A stretch of 53,430 nt of DNA, filler included, from Sphacelaria rigidula (Eukaryota), in assembly GCA_964200075.2 (NCBI GenBank). It is 5 parts of 5 records of this genome, joined end to end, with 100 filler letters (N's around TTAATTAATTAA, not from the genome) between each part and the next. Parts side by side here need not be neighbours in the genome. Positions count along the whole stretch, not along the records: positions 32,121 to 42,725 come from CAXNAA020006213.1; positions 42,826 to 53,430 come from CAXNAA020006214.1; 3 more parts are not named here. The stretch is one strand, 5' to 3'. This document shows, piece by piece, positions 37,336 to 49,499 of the stretch. The notes under the pieces are model-generated. The model did not search any database and was not told the origin of the DNA. It worked only from the letters and a program-made list of their open reading frames with translations. The position numbers were made by a program, and so were the translations under genes. Numbering within the stretch: position 1 is the first letter of the stretch; every line of letters begins with the position of its first letter.

Positions 37336-40300
37336 GATGTGGGTGTGTAGAATAATCAAATCGATGTGCCCGAAACTACCGTCAATATTTTTTCATCCTT
37401 TTGTAGCGAAATAAGAATGATTCTACAACATTTACGTGACAGCTTCTATGTTGAGATCTGAGGTCAATGTTGCATCAGCCACATGGCAAAGAGTTAAACA
37501 GAAGAGCGACAGCAAGGCTATTAGACAGTCACGAAAAATGGAAACACGTCACGATACCCTGCTGCCGTCCCCTCCCCACGGAGGAAGTAAATGGACGGAG
37601 CTGTCCCTGTGGCAAAAGAATAGAGAGCAGAAGTCATATAGTGCCAGAATGTGAAATATACGAGGAGGAACGGGACGTGCTAGAGGGGGGAAATGCGGGA
37701 CATCAAATCGTTCGATGCATTAGACAGTAGCGAGAAAACGATGGCTTTACTAGGAGATAGATGGTGGCCGCAGACGGCGAAACGGAACGGGGATAAGATA
37801 TGCAAAAGGTTTTTGTGTAATGTATGGAAGAAACGTAATGAGCGCCAGAGTGTTGAAGGTGACTCTAATAGGAGTAGGAACGGTGCTCCGTCTCGAAATA
37901 AATGCGTGGTTAATGGTCAAACGACTAAGGCAAGCAACAGATAAGTACCCCCCCCCACCCCCCCCACCCCCCCCCCCCACCCCCCCGCACCCCCCCACCC
38001 ACCCCAAGCCACCGCAGCACNNNNNNNNNNCGCGCCCCACCCAAACAAAAAACTTTGGTGATAGGCCAAACACCAACGCAAAGCAAAAAAAAAGCTCCCC
38101 CCCCCCCCCCCCCCTCCCTACGAACATGAATTGTGCAGGTTGCTCTAATGAATGAGGGGTACTCGCGCATGCCAATCAAGGGCCGGCCTCTGGATGAAGG
38201 CGAGAAGCGTATCCATCAAAGGCAACTGAAATCTGAACCAAAATTGATCAAGAATGACAGAGACGAAGACAACGGCGAGGCCTTCAAGAACAACGACAGG
38301 TACAAGAAGAAATCGAAGACCGTCAAGGCGTTCGGAAAGAAATCAAAAATGATTTTGCCGAACAACGACAACAACAACGACAACAAAAGCATCGACAACA
38401 GCAATGGTAACGGTATTACCGCGCAAGGTGACGGCCACGGCGAGGAGGTGGCCCCGCCAGGTCCCTCCAATGAGGTCACCATTACTTCCAAGAGCAATGA
38501 CGGCAACAATAACGACAACGACAACAAAAGCAACAATAACGGACCTCCCGACGGCGCACCTCCTCAAGTACAGCAACACCAATACACAATGAAAACAGAA
38601 GAGGGGCGCCGGACCAACACCTACACCATCAAATTAAATCGTGACAAACATAGCTCACCAAAAACCTGGGGCTCCGCCTTGTCTCTCTCGGTCGCGGCAC
38701 CCTACCAGAGCAACAGCCGGCAGGGCATGCCCGCCACGATCTCAGGAGGCACGAGCACATCCCCAGAGTCCTCGAGGGTGTGGATGTACGGCAGGGACGC
38801 TTGGACCGCGCTGAGAGAGCGATGCCGAACAGCGATCAACCACGACCGCGGTTCGCGGGTTGGTGGAGGCGGGGATGGAGGTAGAGATCCGGACGAAGGA
38901 GAACGTGAGGCGGCGGGTGACACTAAAAATACCGTAGCGACTGGCGATGGGGAAGTAGAGAAAGTCGACGTCGCTTGCGCCCTGGAGGATGGCACGGTCT
39001 CGGGGCGTGGGGGCAGAGGTGGGCAGCAAGGGGGGCCACCGGAGGTAGTTTCGGCGCGGGGAATTTTGGTGCCGAAGCATGTGTCCGGCGCCTGGCCGGC
39101 TACCGGTGCCCGGGTTAGACTTCGGGGCCGGAGCGGGGGCAAAGGTGATGACTGGCCCCGTGTGGTTGTGTGGAAGCTCGGCAGTTAAGAAGAGGCTGAG
39201 GGGGGCGGCGTCGCGATGACTTGGTGTATGTATGAGGGGGGCTCGTTTCACCACCCTTGTGCCTAACCTACTCTGTAAGCGAGGGGGTGACCTCCATATT
39301 TGAGATATGGAGCTTGTTGTGTGTTGCGTGTCGTGTGAGTCGAGTGGTGTCCGGACTTTTTACTTCTCTTTTTCGTCTCTGTCATGACGTGTGGGTAGTG
39401 ATTGTTGTGTAGAGGTGCGGGAAGTTGAGTGTTGGATGTTGTCTTGGAGATTTTGTGTGTATTTCTCTCGCACTTTTTTTGGGGGGGGTGATGTTCATCA
39501 TATACATGGATATTTATGTGTGCGCACGACATGGTGCGGTTGATTGGTCGTGCCGTTGTGACTGTCGGTATTATTTATTTTTGTTGTGTAAAATGTGTGC
39601 TGTGTCGTGCCGTACCGTACCGTGCGATGCTGTGCTTGTGTCACCTCCCGGTTATCGTCGTTGTTTTGCGTGCAATGGATTGATGTCCCCGCCCTAAGTC
39701 TGTTCGTCGTGACTTTATTTGCTATCCGTATCCAAATATTGTCAAGCTTCGAAATCGTACCCAGTTTTGCTCTTAATCTTGTGGTGGACAAAACGAGCCT
39801 GTGACGCTTCTTTTCTGTTTTCCCACTCTGTTGTACGCGTGAGATGTGGCAAATTAGTCTAGCTGGTGTTTTTCCGGCCGGTGGGTCGGGAGAAAGGTAG
39901 ACATTGACCGTTGCAGGTGCTGCTTTGGAGGGCGGCACAGTCGACAGCGAGTTTTTATCGCGGCCCAATGATGAATGAGGTGGGATTTTACTCCAATTTC
40001 AGAGATTATTGTTCCGAGAAGAAGATGTGAGTTGATTCCTTTTCCTCGCCATCTTTTTCTGATTTTTTGTTTTTCCATGTTGCATGGAACGAAATAGTGT
40101 ACGTTGCGGGTAAATGATGAAAACACGGTATATAGTATCCAGAAGGTATATTCTAGCCGAAATGCTTGTGTGAACGTTTTCTCCATCTAGTGCAGTGCAC
40201 GAGGGACTACTCTTCGAGGGTTGTGTTACGTATTGCATACATACTGTTACACTTTTGCACACACACATATTACACTTTTTTTATTGATCGAATCTCTTCG

Positions 40301-40666
40301 TTTTTCTCGAACTTGGCATGTAGAACAGTTTTGGTTACCAAATTTTCTCTCTCATGTTTCTGGAGAGGACGTTACTTGTAGAAGAAGGATAATTAATTTC
40401 GTGTTGAGGGGATACTGACGTCGTCAAGGGGGGGGTTAAGACTACTCTTTCGATTTCCTTTCGTGTCGAATTGCTCGAGGCGTTCTCCTCCTCAAGCCTT
40501 GGGGACGACGATCCCTCATCGATCTCTGAGGAGCACCCTGCACTACTGCTCCTTGGCTACCTCGCGCCAGTCGGAGGGAGGCATGACCCCCTCGGGCGCA
40601 ACCACCTCGTGTTTTTGTCATGTTGTACGATGGGTAATACTGATTGCGAAGCGACACACTGGCCTG
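34708..40666 (+). CDS. Multi-exon gene of unknown function (exon 1 34708-34902; large N/D/G-rich exon from 38139; exon ~40480-40666)
   Basis: ATG exon MGREAAIMADISLPGD...KASKKQ (65 codons) joins in phase 0 to tgtgcag|VALMNEGYSR; the 40.5-kb exon ends in a strong gtaagt donor; the 3' end of exon 2 is unresolved (the frame stops at 39188 if unspliced). Confidence 0.65.
35088..35450 (+). mobile_element. Degenerate non-LTR (LINE) reverse transcriptase fragment
   Basis: EGQAGFR...CFFLDVQKAHDTVWRNGLWKK...QG.AQG, typical non-LTR RT motifs, with frameshifts; preceded by a C-tract at 35068-35087. Confidence 0.88.
35451..36818. mobile_element. Non-autonomous DNA transposon (hAT-like YAGG termini) with two direct ~420-bp subterminal repeat arrays (35451-35890, 36400-36818)
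   Basis: TIR CAGGCACCGTAGGTAAGGT / ACCTTACCTACGGTGCCTA; arrays of ATACCTACG and GGTATTT units; no TSD seen. Confidence 0.8.
37300..37331. repeat. (TG)n microsatellite
   Basis: Read directly. Confidence 0.95.
37580..37948 (+). mobile_element. LINE ORF2 3' region with Cys/His knuckle and long C tail
   Basis: SCPCGKRIESRSHIVPEC...LLGDRWWPQTAK...CVVNGQTTKASNR*, then GTAC and a C-rich tract (37949-38005). Confidence 0.9.
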
Positions 40667-42725
40667 TAAGTCAAGCGAGTACATGGGAGATATGTAGGGC
40701 GTGATATGAACGATATGTCTGTACTGTACGGCAAATTTCTCATAACCAGTTGTTGGCGTCACTGTTCCGTTGGTCGAAGCGGTACATGATGGGCCGCTCA
40801 AGGTCGGCAGGCTGGCTGCGGCGGGTTTCGTGTCTCGACTGTGAGATCGCGGTGTTATTCTTGACAAGAGTCCCATTTCCGTCGTTGAAAGCATGACGAC
40901 GCGAGTAGCGAAGAAAAAGTCGTGAATAATCGACAGCGTATAGTAGCGCTGGTTCAACCCCACCACAATAGCAAAATGTAAGGCAGCAGGTATGGGGGGA
41001 GAGAGATTGGTCGATCCTCCCCCCCCTCCCCCCACCCCCACCCCCACCCCTGAGAACTGCGGACGCGGACGTGTTCCAAGAAACGGGAGGTGGTTGAAAT
41101 CGATTACGAAAAATAAGTGATGAAGATGTGTCTGTGTTGCTTTCACTCGACGGTGAGTGACAGATATTTTTTTCGTGTTTCTTTTGTTCTGGTACGGTTG
41201 TCGGTTGGAACTCTCAGGGTATAGGAATGAATTTGAGAAGTCTGTTTGCCTGGTACGACAGTGAAACAGCATTGGTGTGGGCACATATTCCGCAGAATGC
41301 TCCGCAGTTTCTGAAATAGAATGACAAAACGGTGTCGGGGCGGTAACGGCGCCTTTTCTTCACTACAGTACTGTCCTTGGGGTTCGATTCGAAGGGCATT
41401 TGTTTTTCTTGTGTTATAGACTGCCGTAGCAGTATCGGCTGTGTTTACGTAGAGGGTCCCGCCCCAGCGAAGAAGCAAAACGACAAACAGCGGGTGATGA
41501 CAGTTGATATCCTCCCGTTCGCGTTTGAAAGCGAGTGATTTTACCATAGGTAGGGGAAGGGGTGATTGCCGGAAAAACAGGGGGCTCATAAGTGTGCCAG
41601 ACGACCTAACGCATCCGCTGTGCGCTTGCATTTGGGTGAAAACGCGTGTCAAGCAGTATTAATGAGTGTGTCTAGTTGGTACCAAGCGCGTTCGGACAAG
41701 GGTTGCGACAGTAATCAAACTTGAAAAATGGTGCTTCACTCAATCGGGATTTTTCAGACGATTTGTCACCTACATTTGAGAGTTGGAGAGTCGGTAAGTG
41801 TTGGAAAAAGAAGCAGATCGTGCTCCGGACACATGTCGAAAACATTTGTGTTGTTGGAACGATACGGAGGAAATTCCCGTTTATCGAGAGGGTGTTGACC
41901 GCACACGGCCGAAAAACTGTGTTTTTTGGGTAGCGCATTGAAGATCGAGAAAATGGAAGAACGGAAGGCATAGAATTGTTGATCATAACGATTTTGATTG
42001 TTTCGTTCGAGCTAAAATATCACACTAAAATATCACACGTCGGACGGATCATTATCCGTCTGAAAATCACTTCTTCTCAGTATACTGATCCGGATCATGA
42101 TCCAGATCATTTCCCACTCTTTTTTCATGTTTGCTCCTTACAGCTCTGGACGCCGAGGACTCTGAGTAGCGCAAAGGTTGCACTTTAACGTTTCTGACTC
42201 CACGGTCACATATTTTGTGTTTGGACCAATCGATACGAGAGTCTTCTTTGATTTGTTGTCTCAGACACATCATGATCTGTCCGACATGTGAAGAATATCA
42301 AAGTAAGAGCCGGGGATTGTAAACTCGTAGGACCCCTCAAGACCGGTGAGCCCATATCTCGTTCGAAATTGATCGTAGACTCCTCTATTTTTTTCTAAAA
42401 AAATGCACTTTCCACGATAGCCCCCCCTCCCCAAAACCAGCTACTGTAAAAGTGTCACGAGAAAAATGGCCATACAGCGCCTGATGTCCGGGTTCAGGCT
42501 GCATGAAGCGCCTCATATTGGCGACATTGGCTAGAACGAATCCAAGCGTGGGAATTCCCATTCCCAGCTTCTCGTTGTGCTCGGCTTTTCCCATTCCGAT
42601 TTACGTGAAGATTTTGCCTACCGAAACCATGTACTTTTGGGGGGGGGGGGGGGGGGGGGCTGTGTAGGGTGTGTGTCTTGGGTCTCGTAAATCCACGCGT
42701 TCCTCCTCACTGGGGGGAAAAGCTT

Positions 42726-42825
42726 NNNNNNNNNNNNNNNNNNNNNNNNNNNNNNNNNNNNNNNNNNNNTTAATTAATTAANNNNNNNNNNNNNNNNNNN
42801 NNNNNNNNNNNNNNNNNNNNNNNNN
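42726..42825. other. Artificial contig linker
   Basis: N44-TTAATTAATTAA-N44. Confidence 0.98.
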
Positions 42826-42876
42826 GTTTTCGGCTTGAACCTCATCTCAAAGTTAAACCTCAATTCGCACAATTTG

Positions 42877-44236
42877 TTGTTCAAGGCTAGGCTTGTAGCG
42901 AAGGGCTTCAAGCAGAAGTATGGTGTGGACTATCTTGAAACTTTCTCGCCTACTGCAAATGCTGCATCGATGCGATTGCTAGCAGCGTTGGCGTGCAAGT
43001 ACAACTTGGAATTACTCCACTGGGATATTGAGCAAGCGTTTGTTCAGTCTGAATTGGATCACGAGGTGTTCATGAAGTTGCGTCCAGGCTGCGGTTCGAT
43101 GTCAGGAAAGGTTGTCCGTTTGAACAAAAGTTTGTACGGATTGAAGCAGGCATCTAGAACATTTTACAGGAGGTTAGTGGCGGACCTGAAGAGGATTGGT
43201 TTCGAGCAGTCTCTGTCTGACCCCTGTGTCCTGCGTTTCATGATGGGACACGAGGTGATGGGTATGGTCGCAATTCATGTGGATGACATTCTGTATGCAG
43301 GGACTAAAAGTCTTGCGAAGGCGGTTGTGGAAGCGCTAGGTGACTCTCCTTCTACGAAGAGTTTGGATGAGGTCAAGTTCTTTCTTGGTCGCGCATACAA
43401 TTCGCGACCGCGAGGCTGGCACGATTGAGGTTCCTCAAGAGAGTATATCAGGAGTCTTCTCGAGAGATTGAATACTTGTCGCACCAGCTCGATCCCTGCT
43501 TCCCTTGCCGATGAGAACAGGTCCGTGATGGAGAATGAGGGCGCGGGAGATGTGCCGTTCCGAGAGGTGGTGGGGAGCCTGATGTGGATCGCCAACCAGA
43601 CAAGGCCCGACATCTCGAATGTTGTGCGGGCGGTGGCGAGGCACTCTCACGACCCAAAGAAGAGCCACTGGAAGGCAGCCCAGAAGATTCTGAATTATCT
43701 TCTGGAAACGGCACATCTAACTTTGGAGTTCAAGGAGGACAGTACGGTAGACGTAGGCACGTTGGTGTACGTAGATGCCGACTTTGCAAGCAAGGCCACT
43801 GACCGTATATCAGTTTCGGGAGCGTTGGTTTTTGTGGCTGCCATGCTTGTAGTTTGGATTTCTAGGACGCAGAAATGCGTTTCACAGTCGACTTCTGAAG
43901 CAGAGTATCTTGCGAAGGGTGATGGTGTGAAAGAGGCTTTGTTTGTGAACGGAATGCTTCAGTTCTTGAGGCCTAGTGTGAAGACTCGTAAGATTGAAGT
44001 AGTTGTGGACAACGAGGGTGCGATTGCGCTTGCAGAGAACCCGCTTAGCTCGTGCAGGAGTAAGCACATTGACGTGAGGCACCACTTTCTTAAGAAATTG
44101 ACCGAGGAGGGTGTGATCGAGATTACGCATGTTTCCAGCGAAAAACAACATGCAGACATCCTCACGAAGGCTCTGCCGAGAGATCTTTTTTAACTTCACC
44201 GTGACTTTGCCCTTGGCTTGAGAAATGAGAAGTAGT
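42877..44236 (+). mobile_element. Ty1/copia pol remnant: reverse transcriptase + RNase H (frameshift ~43395, stop at 44191)
   Basis: FKARLVAKGFKQ, WDIEQAF, YGLKQ, HVDD, TRPDI, YVDADFA, STSEAEY, SKHIDVRHHF, ADILTK. Confidence 0.97.
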
Positions 44237-44306
44237 AATATGAGTCGTAATTTGGTTTTGTAATAAATGTATTTGGTCTGGTAGATACAACAGCCCCAAA
44301 GCAGGG

Positions 44307-44662
44307 TGTTCGTGATAGCTGCTGTAGTATCGACTGAGTTATGTAGAACATCTGATTGGACGATTTGAATAACGGAATTGTCGATTTATAGGTTGCTAAG
44401 CTACTACATATCTGAGAATTGCGAAGAACGTTCGCGGTCCTTTCTGTTGCTTATGTAGGAATACTATTTGTGGATACTGTATTAGTCCGAGCATGGTATC
44501 TGTGGTGCGGGGAACAACCCGAGGTTTTTGTGGTACGTAAGGAAGTGCGTTGGTCCGAGTTCCATTGCTGGAATCATGTGGTTTCCAGAGTGTCTGGGTT
44601 GTAGATGATACGAGCTCGCCCAACTTGTTCACTTCCTATTTCCGGCCCGTCTCTGCGGACCA
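44307..44662 (+). mobile_element. 3' LTR of the copia element
   Basis: Starts TGTTCG after a short purine-rich tract (AAAGCAGGG) and ends CGGACCA (end inferred); the 5' part matches 53283-53430. Confidence 0.8.
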
Positions 44663-45224
44663 AGGCCTCAATAATGCAATACACGATATATCTTTTCTCC
44701 AGAAGTCACGAGTCTATCAACAACGAGATCATGAGTCATCAGTGGGTCTGCAAATAAGGAGTCGTTGTGCTCGGATGCGAACAAGAACACGGATTCGCTA
44801 GACCAGCATGTTTGCTGCAGTCTGCAGGCCGCAGAACATCCGCATGGCTCTCGCGAGAGCAGCAAAGTATTACCTGAAGCTCATGCTGCCAACGCTTCAC
44901 GACACGGAGAGGTTAGAAGACAACTAAGCAGTTTCCTGTTATGGTAGTTAGTGTGAGTCAAACCATAAGAAGAATAGCTCATGTATTGGGACTGAAAAAT
45001 GTATAACAGTAGATACGGTGAGGCTACTTCCGCAGATTAGCTCGCGGTACTGCCAAGGATGTGTGAGAAAGCCGTACGCTCCTCGCACGTTTGTCCAACT
45101 CTTACTCTCATCGCAGAGCGAAATCATAGGGGTCGTCTTTCCCTCAAACGACAAATTTTAGTATCATGTTGTGACGCCTGTATCCCTGGCACAGGATATC
45201 TGCTAGGTCTACTTTACCCCCCTC

Positions 45225-47114
45225 AAAAACCAACAAATAGAAAAGACGTTAGAATACACTAGGAAATGGAGAGTAAAAGCGAATGTTAACAAATGCACGG
45301 TACTCATCTGTAACGAAGATAGGAAAACTCCGGTGAGTTTATGTGGCATTGGGGAGAAGAGGAAGTGCCGATCGCAGCCCAGTATGTTGGAATTTGAGAA
45401 ATAACAGTTCCGAATATACATACTCGATATTAGTGGTGAAACCAATTACGGTTCATCGTTAGAACAAAGCTAAGCGAAGGAGTGAATTATACGTCGTAGA
45501 ATAACGAATAGCTCATGTACTGTAGAGCTCGTATACAGAAAGTCAGCACATTGTCAGAATACTGAAGGGTTGAGTACGAAGAATCTAAGGTATCAACAGT
45601 TTGGATAAGCAGTTTTATAGTGTCCAAGAGTTTTGTCGACAGAGTGACAGCCCTACCCTATTTACTCTCCAAAGCGACCCACCTTAAAGAAGCCCACCAG
45701 CTTGTCTTCAGTACTCTATGGAGTAGAGACTGATTGTGTTTGATTTGAGTAACGCCCAGATGAAGCGACAAGTTTAAGCGTATTTTCTTCATTGCACAAA
45801 CAAGTGCTGAACCAACACTGTGTAGTTTCTGCGAGCTCTCTTGTCAGAGCTGGGTCCACCAGTTGAACCAATTTTTCCTGTCAAGTCGAAAATCAAACGT
45901 TGCGTATTTTACACACAAACCAAGATGGCCACATGAATATTCCAACAGGTTCAAGCCTCGCTCAACCCAGTATACATACCCTGGCGTAAAGATATCAAAA
46001 CACTGTTCTTAGGACGCACACGTGAACAAAGTTATGGAAAATGGTAAGGCAAATACGGGAAGGATTGACGTGGCCCTCAGAGACTCGCACCTAGACACTA
46101 GGAATAAAATATTTATCCTGATGAACGTGATCGTACCAACGGTAAAATATGCAAGAGAAGTATGGGAGGGACACGTGAACTTGGTGAAGAAGTGAGAAAC
46201 CGTACAGATGGCAGCAGCTGAGAAAAAACTTGGCTGCTCGAAAACGAAGAGTCATGCAGCACTGATACCAGAGTCGGGAATGTACGCACCTAGAGCAAAA
46301 AGAGACATGAGGAAGTTGTGGTGACAGTAAAGCGCAAAAAACATGCAGAAAGAGAGATTGCCAGCTATAGTTGATAAGACTGTAAGGAAGTAAAGTACAA
46401 AAAGGGCATGCTATACGGTGGACTAAAGAAGTGGAGAAAGTATGGAGGGATATAGAAGGAAGCCAAGAGGAAATGCTGTCCATGGATTAAGGCGCGGGGT
46501 ACAAAACAAACGTAAAAGGCATGATTGAAATAAGGGGGAAAGGAGCGCTCAGACGCAAGGTAGACGAAGAACACCTGAAGATATACGGAGGGTTGCGAGA
46601 GGGGGTCGGAATGAAGACAACATATCGGCATGGCCCCATGGATGCGACGAAACAATCAAAACTGCGATTTCGGGTGGGGGACCTGGACCTGCCAGAAAGG
46701 AGAAAATGGCATACCAGTAGTCGTGTGGAGGAGGAAGTGGGTGCACGAAGCTGCCTCTGTGGCAAAGCAAAAGAATGCAGAAGTCATATAGTTGCAGAAT
46801 GTGAGCTTTACAAGGAGAAACGGGACGTGCGAGGGGGGGGAAATGCGGGACGCGAACGAAGGTGGCATGGAATCGCTTGATGTATTAGACACTAGCGAGA
46901 AGACGATGGTTATACTAGGAGGTTGATGATGGCCACAGACGGCGAAACAGGACGGGGATAAGATATGTAAAATATTTTTGTGCAATGTATGGAAAAAAAC
47001 GGAATGAGCGCCGGAATGTTGGAGGTGTCTCTTTTAGCAGTAGGAATGGTGCTCCGTCTCGAAAGAGATGCATGGTCAATTGTCAAACGACTAAGGCAAG
47101 CAACAAATGAGTAC
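45225..47114 (+). mobile_element. Longest C-tailed LINE copy (degenerate RT thumb to C-terminal knuckle), interrupted by a solo LTR
   Basis: QYTY.GV...ILMNVIVPTVKYAREVWEG...ETVQMAAA...CLCGKAKECRSHIVAEC...; ends AACAAATGAGTAC followed by a C-tract. Confidence 0.9.
45385..45967. mobile_element. Solo LTR with 5-bp TSD (CAGTA) inserted in the LINE
   Basis: TGTTG...CAACC termini; CAGTA at 45380-45384 and 45968-45972; removing it restores the LINE motif CAG TAT ACA TAC (QYTY). Confidence 0.85.
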
Positions 47115-47680
47115 GCCACCCCCCCCCCTCCCCCACAAGTGGGAAGGGTCTCCGGTCGAAAAAGGATGAAATGCCAATTGGTCAACGAACAAGGCAAGCA
47201 AAAAATTGAGACCCCCCCCCCCCCCCCTCCCCAAGCGTCAGCCTTAGTAACAACCTGTGGGCATATCGGAGGGTATCTCTAATACACATGGGTCTTTCCG
47301 GAATATCGGATTCACGAGTGATCTCATGGATCTTTGATGGCATCAGGTGCCACGTCTACCTCAGCTCAAGTTTCGTCAAAGACACCACAGCTATATTATG
47401 GTGCTACCACAAGCTGCAATAATACGGTAGTGTCACGACAAGAGCTGCCATCGCATCTAATCATACCAGGCAACCCTGGATTGGAAGGATATCCCGCCCA
47501 ATGTTGAGCCTGTGATAACCAAGGACAGAAAATATTGGTCGGAGGGCGCTCAACCGCCTACTGCGCGCATAGGCGCGGCGCAATACCCAGAGAGAAACAT
47601 ATACAGCTTGGGCAGCGCGGAGCTCTACATGTTAGCTGTTCGAGGAGGCCTCTGTGAACCAATGGCATGGATGGGCATAC

Positions 47681-48693
47681 CTTGAAGGTTTGGTCCACCA
47701 GCACTCGCCGCATCCGGTATTGGAACTTGTCGGAGAAGAAGTAGGCACAAACTTCGCCTGGGTTGATTCTATGCTCCCCAGTCCTCATTCGGCGAAGAAA
47801 GTGCAACGCCACCGTTACGCCATCGGGGAGGCGCAGAACCTGAGGAGAATCAGGCACTCGAATTATCAGACGCGGTCTCGTAAAAACAGGGCACAAAACT
47901 TAAACAATGTAAGGAGACTACATAAAATCGAACCGTTGTCCACATAATGGAACTTCTCACATGATGCTGAGCATATTTGATCTGCGTCATGAAATGATGA
48001 ACGTGTTGCAGCAGTATGAACGGTGGTCACAGGACGCACGAAGCAACGGAGGGACGCCCAGATTGCGATATTTATTTTGCTTTCAGGAACAATCATGCTG
48101 TACCTTTACCTCTACTGGCGACCTTATGCGTGAGAGAGCTGGAAATGCGCAAGCAAATGGATCATTTCCATAATCTCGAACACTGTGATATACCCGCGCT
48201 CCAAAGGTGCACGTACCAGCAATGCCTGCTCGAAGGACGTGAGGGCGCGCACCAGGTACGGCCATTCGAGGCCGTGCCCCCCATGGTTCACGCGCATCCA
48301 CAGCCTCCACCGGAAGTGTGCATCTTGAAGCTGGAACTCCGCCAGCATTTCGGACGACAAGAGTTGAGACTTGTTCAGCGCGTTGGTGAGGATGTTGCGA
48401 GGCACCCCGGCGTTTCCTGCATTCTGGCCACAGCAAAGGGCAACAAAAATGAGCTAGCGTGTAGGGTTTAATCGCGCACATATCTTGACTTTTTGCAACC
48501 AACAGCAGTGTTTAGTTTACTGAAAGCACCGGGATACCTTACTGCGTAATGAAGTGCTAGGCATGAACGCTCCCATCACCAGCGAGCATGGTTGTCGTAG
48601 TTGATGGTGCGTTTAGATACGCTTACCTGCACTGCCTTCACACCGCACTCAAAATGTAGGGTGGGCGATCGGACCGCCAGACACGATACACAC
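47681..48693 (-). pseudogene. Spliced gene relic of unknown function (exons 48627-48693, 48110-48423, 47681-47839)
   Basis: Strong AG/GT sites (gtaagc, gtaaag, gtatgc); the codon-biased frame of exon 2 stops at 48124, implying a frameshift. Confidence 0.55.
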
Positions 48694-48750
48694 CTGAACA
48701 CGATTACCGTGCTTCGGGGCGGAGGGACGAACACGGTTACTCTACTAAAT

Positions 48751-48963
48751 CTGTAGTGCGTGGGAAGACCACGAGCTTTTCGGACCACATCGGAGTTTCC
48801 ACGCCCCTATGATTGGGGTTAGGGTCAGGGTCAGCGTTAGGGTTAGGATCAGGGACGCAGTCCCTGCAGGGACTGACTCGAGCGGTCTTGAAAAATGTCG
48901 ACTCAGGGGTGTTCATATTCCGATGCGGTCCAAATAGTACGCGGTTCTCCCGCGCATTACAGG
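48751..48963. mobile_element. MITE with ~55-bp TIRs and a TTAGGG-like core, copy 1
   Basis: CTGTAGTGCGTGGGAAGACCACG... / ...CGCGGTTCTCCCGCGCATTACAGG; core GGGTTAGGGTCAGGGTCAGCGTTAGGGTTAGG. Confidence 0.82.
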
Positions 48964-49133
48964 TACAGTGCGGCGTATGTCGTGGCGATCGCGATGGTGC
49001 GTGAGGTGTGGTGGGTTCGGTGCGCTTCAAATACCGATGCCTACCTGCCCTATGATCTCGCAAAACATCGAATGTAGCGCCGGTTCGAAATATTGATGTC
49101 GCTGCAGTTCGAAGAATTCTGCTTGCGCTCTAG

Positions 49134-49175
49134 ATCCGATGGCGTTACATTTGCATCCGATGGCGTTACATTTGC
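49134..49175. repeat. Perfect 21-bp tandem duplication (ATCCGATGGCGTTACATTTGC x2)
   Basis: Read directly. Confidence 0.93.
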
Positions 49176-49499
49176 ATCCAACTTGTATTTTACCCGCGAC
49201 GAGGTTGCTCGTAATTCCCCTCGGTGATCACAAGGTCTCGGGTTAAAATCTCGACCCGCTCACCGCCACAAACAAAAGAAATCTGCGAAGATGATCCAAA
49301 AGTAACAGCTCGCAAATATTTTAGCCAGACACAAGTAGAATTTGCGGACTTAGCCCTTGATCTTCTGCGTTGATTGCTGTTAGCCTGAGAAACCCAATTG
49401 TGCAGATGATTCGAAGCCAATGACGTAGAATTCTCCTCACAAGACGGCTACTCATCGAAGCCTTTTGAAACCAATGCCACGCGTCATAAAGGGACCCCC

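Noticed and set aside
47138-47232. Apparent tandem second LINE 3' end (also at 38031-38118)
   Set aside because: Garbled copies next to C homopolymers or an N gap; most likely low-quality read artefacts, so not counted as separate insertions.
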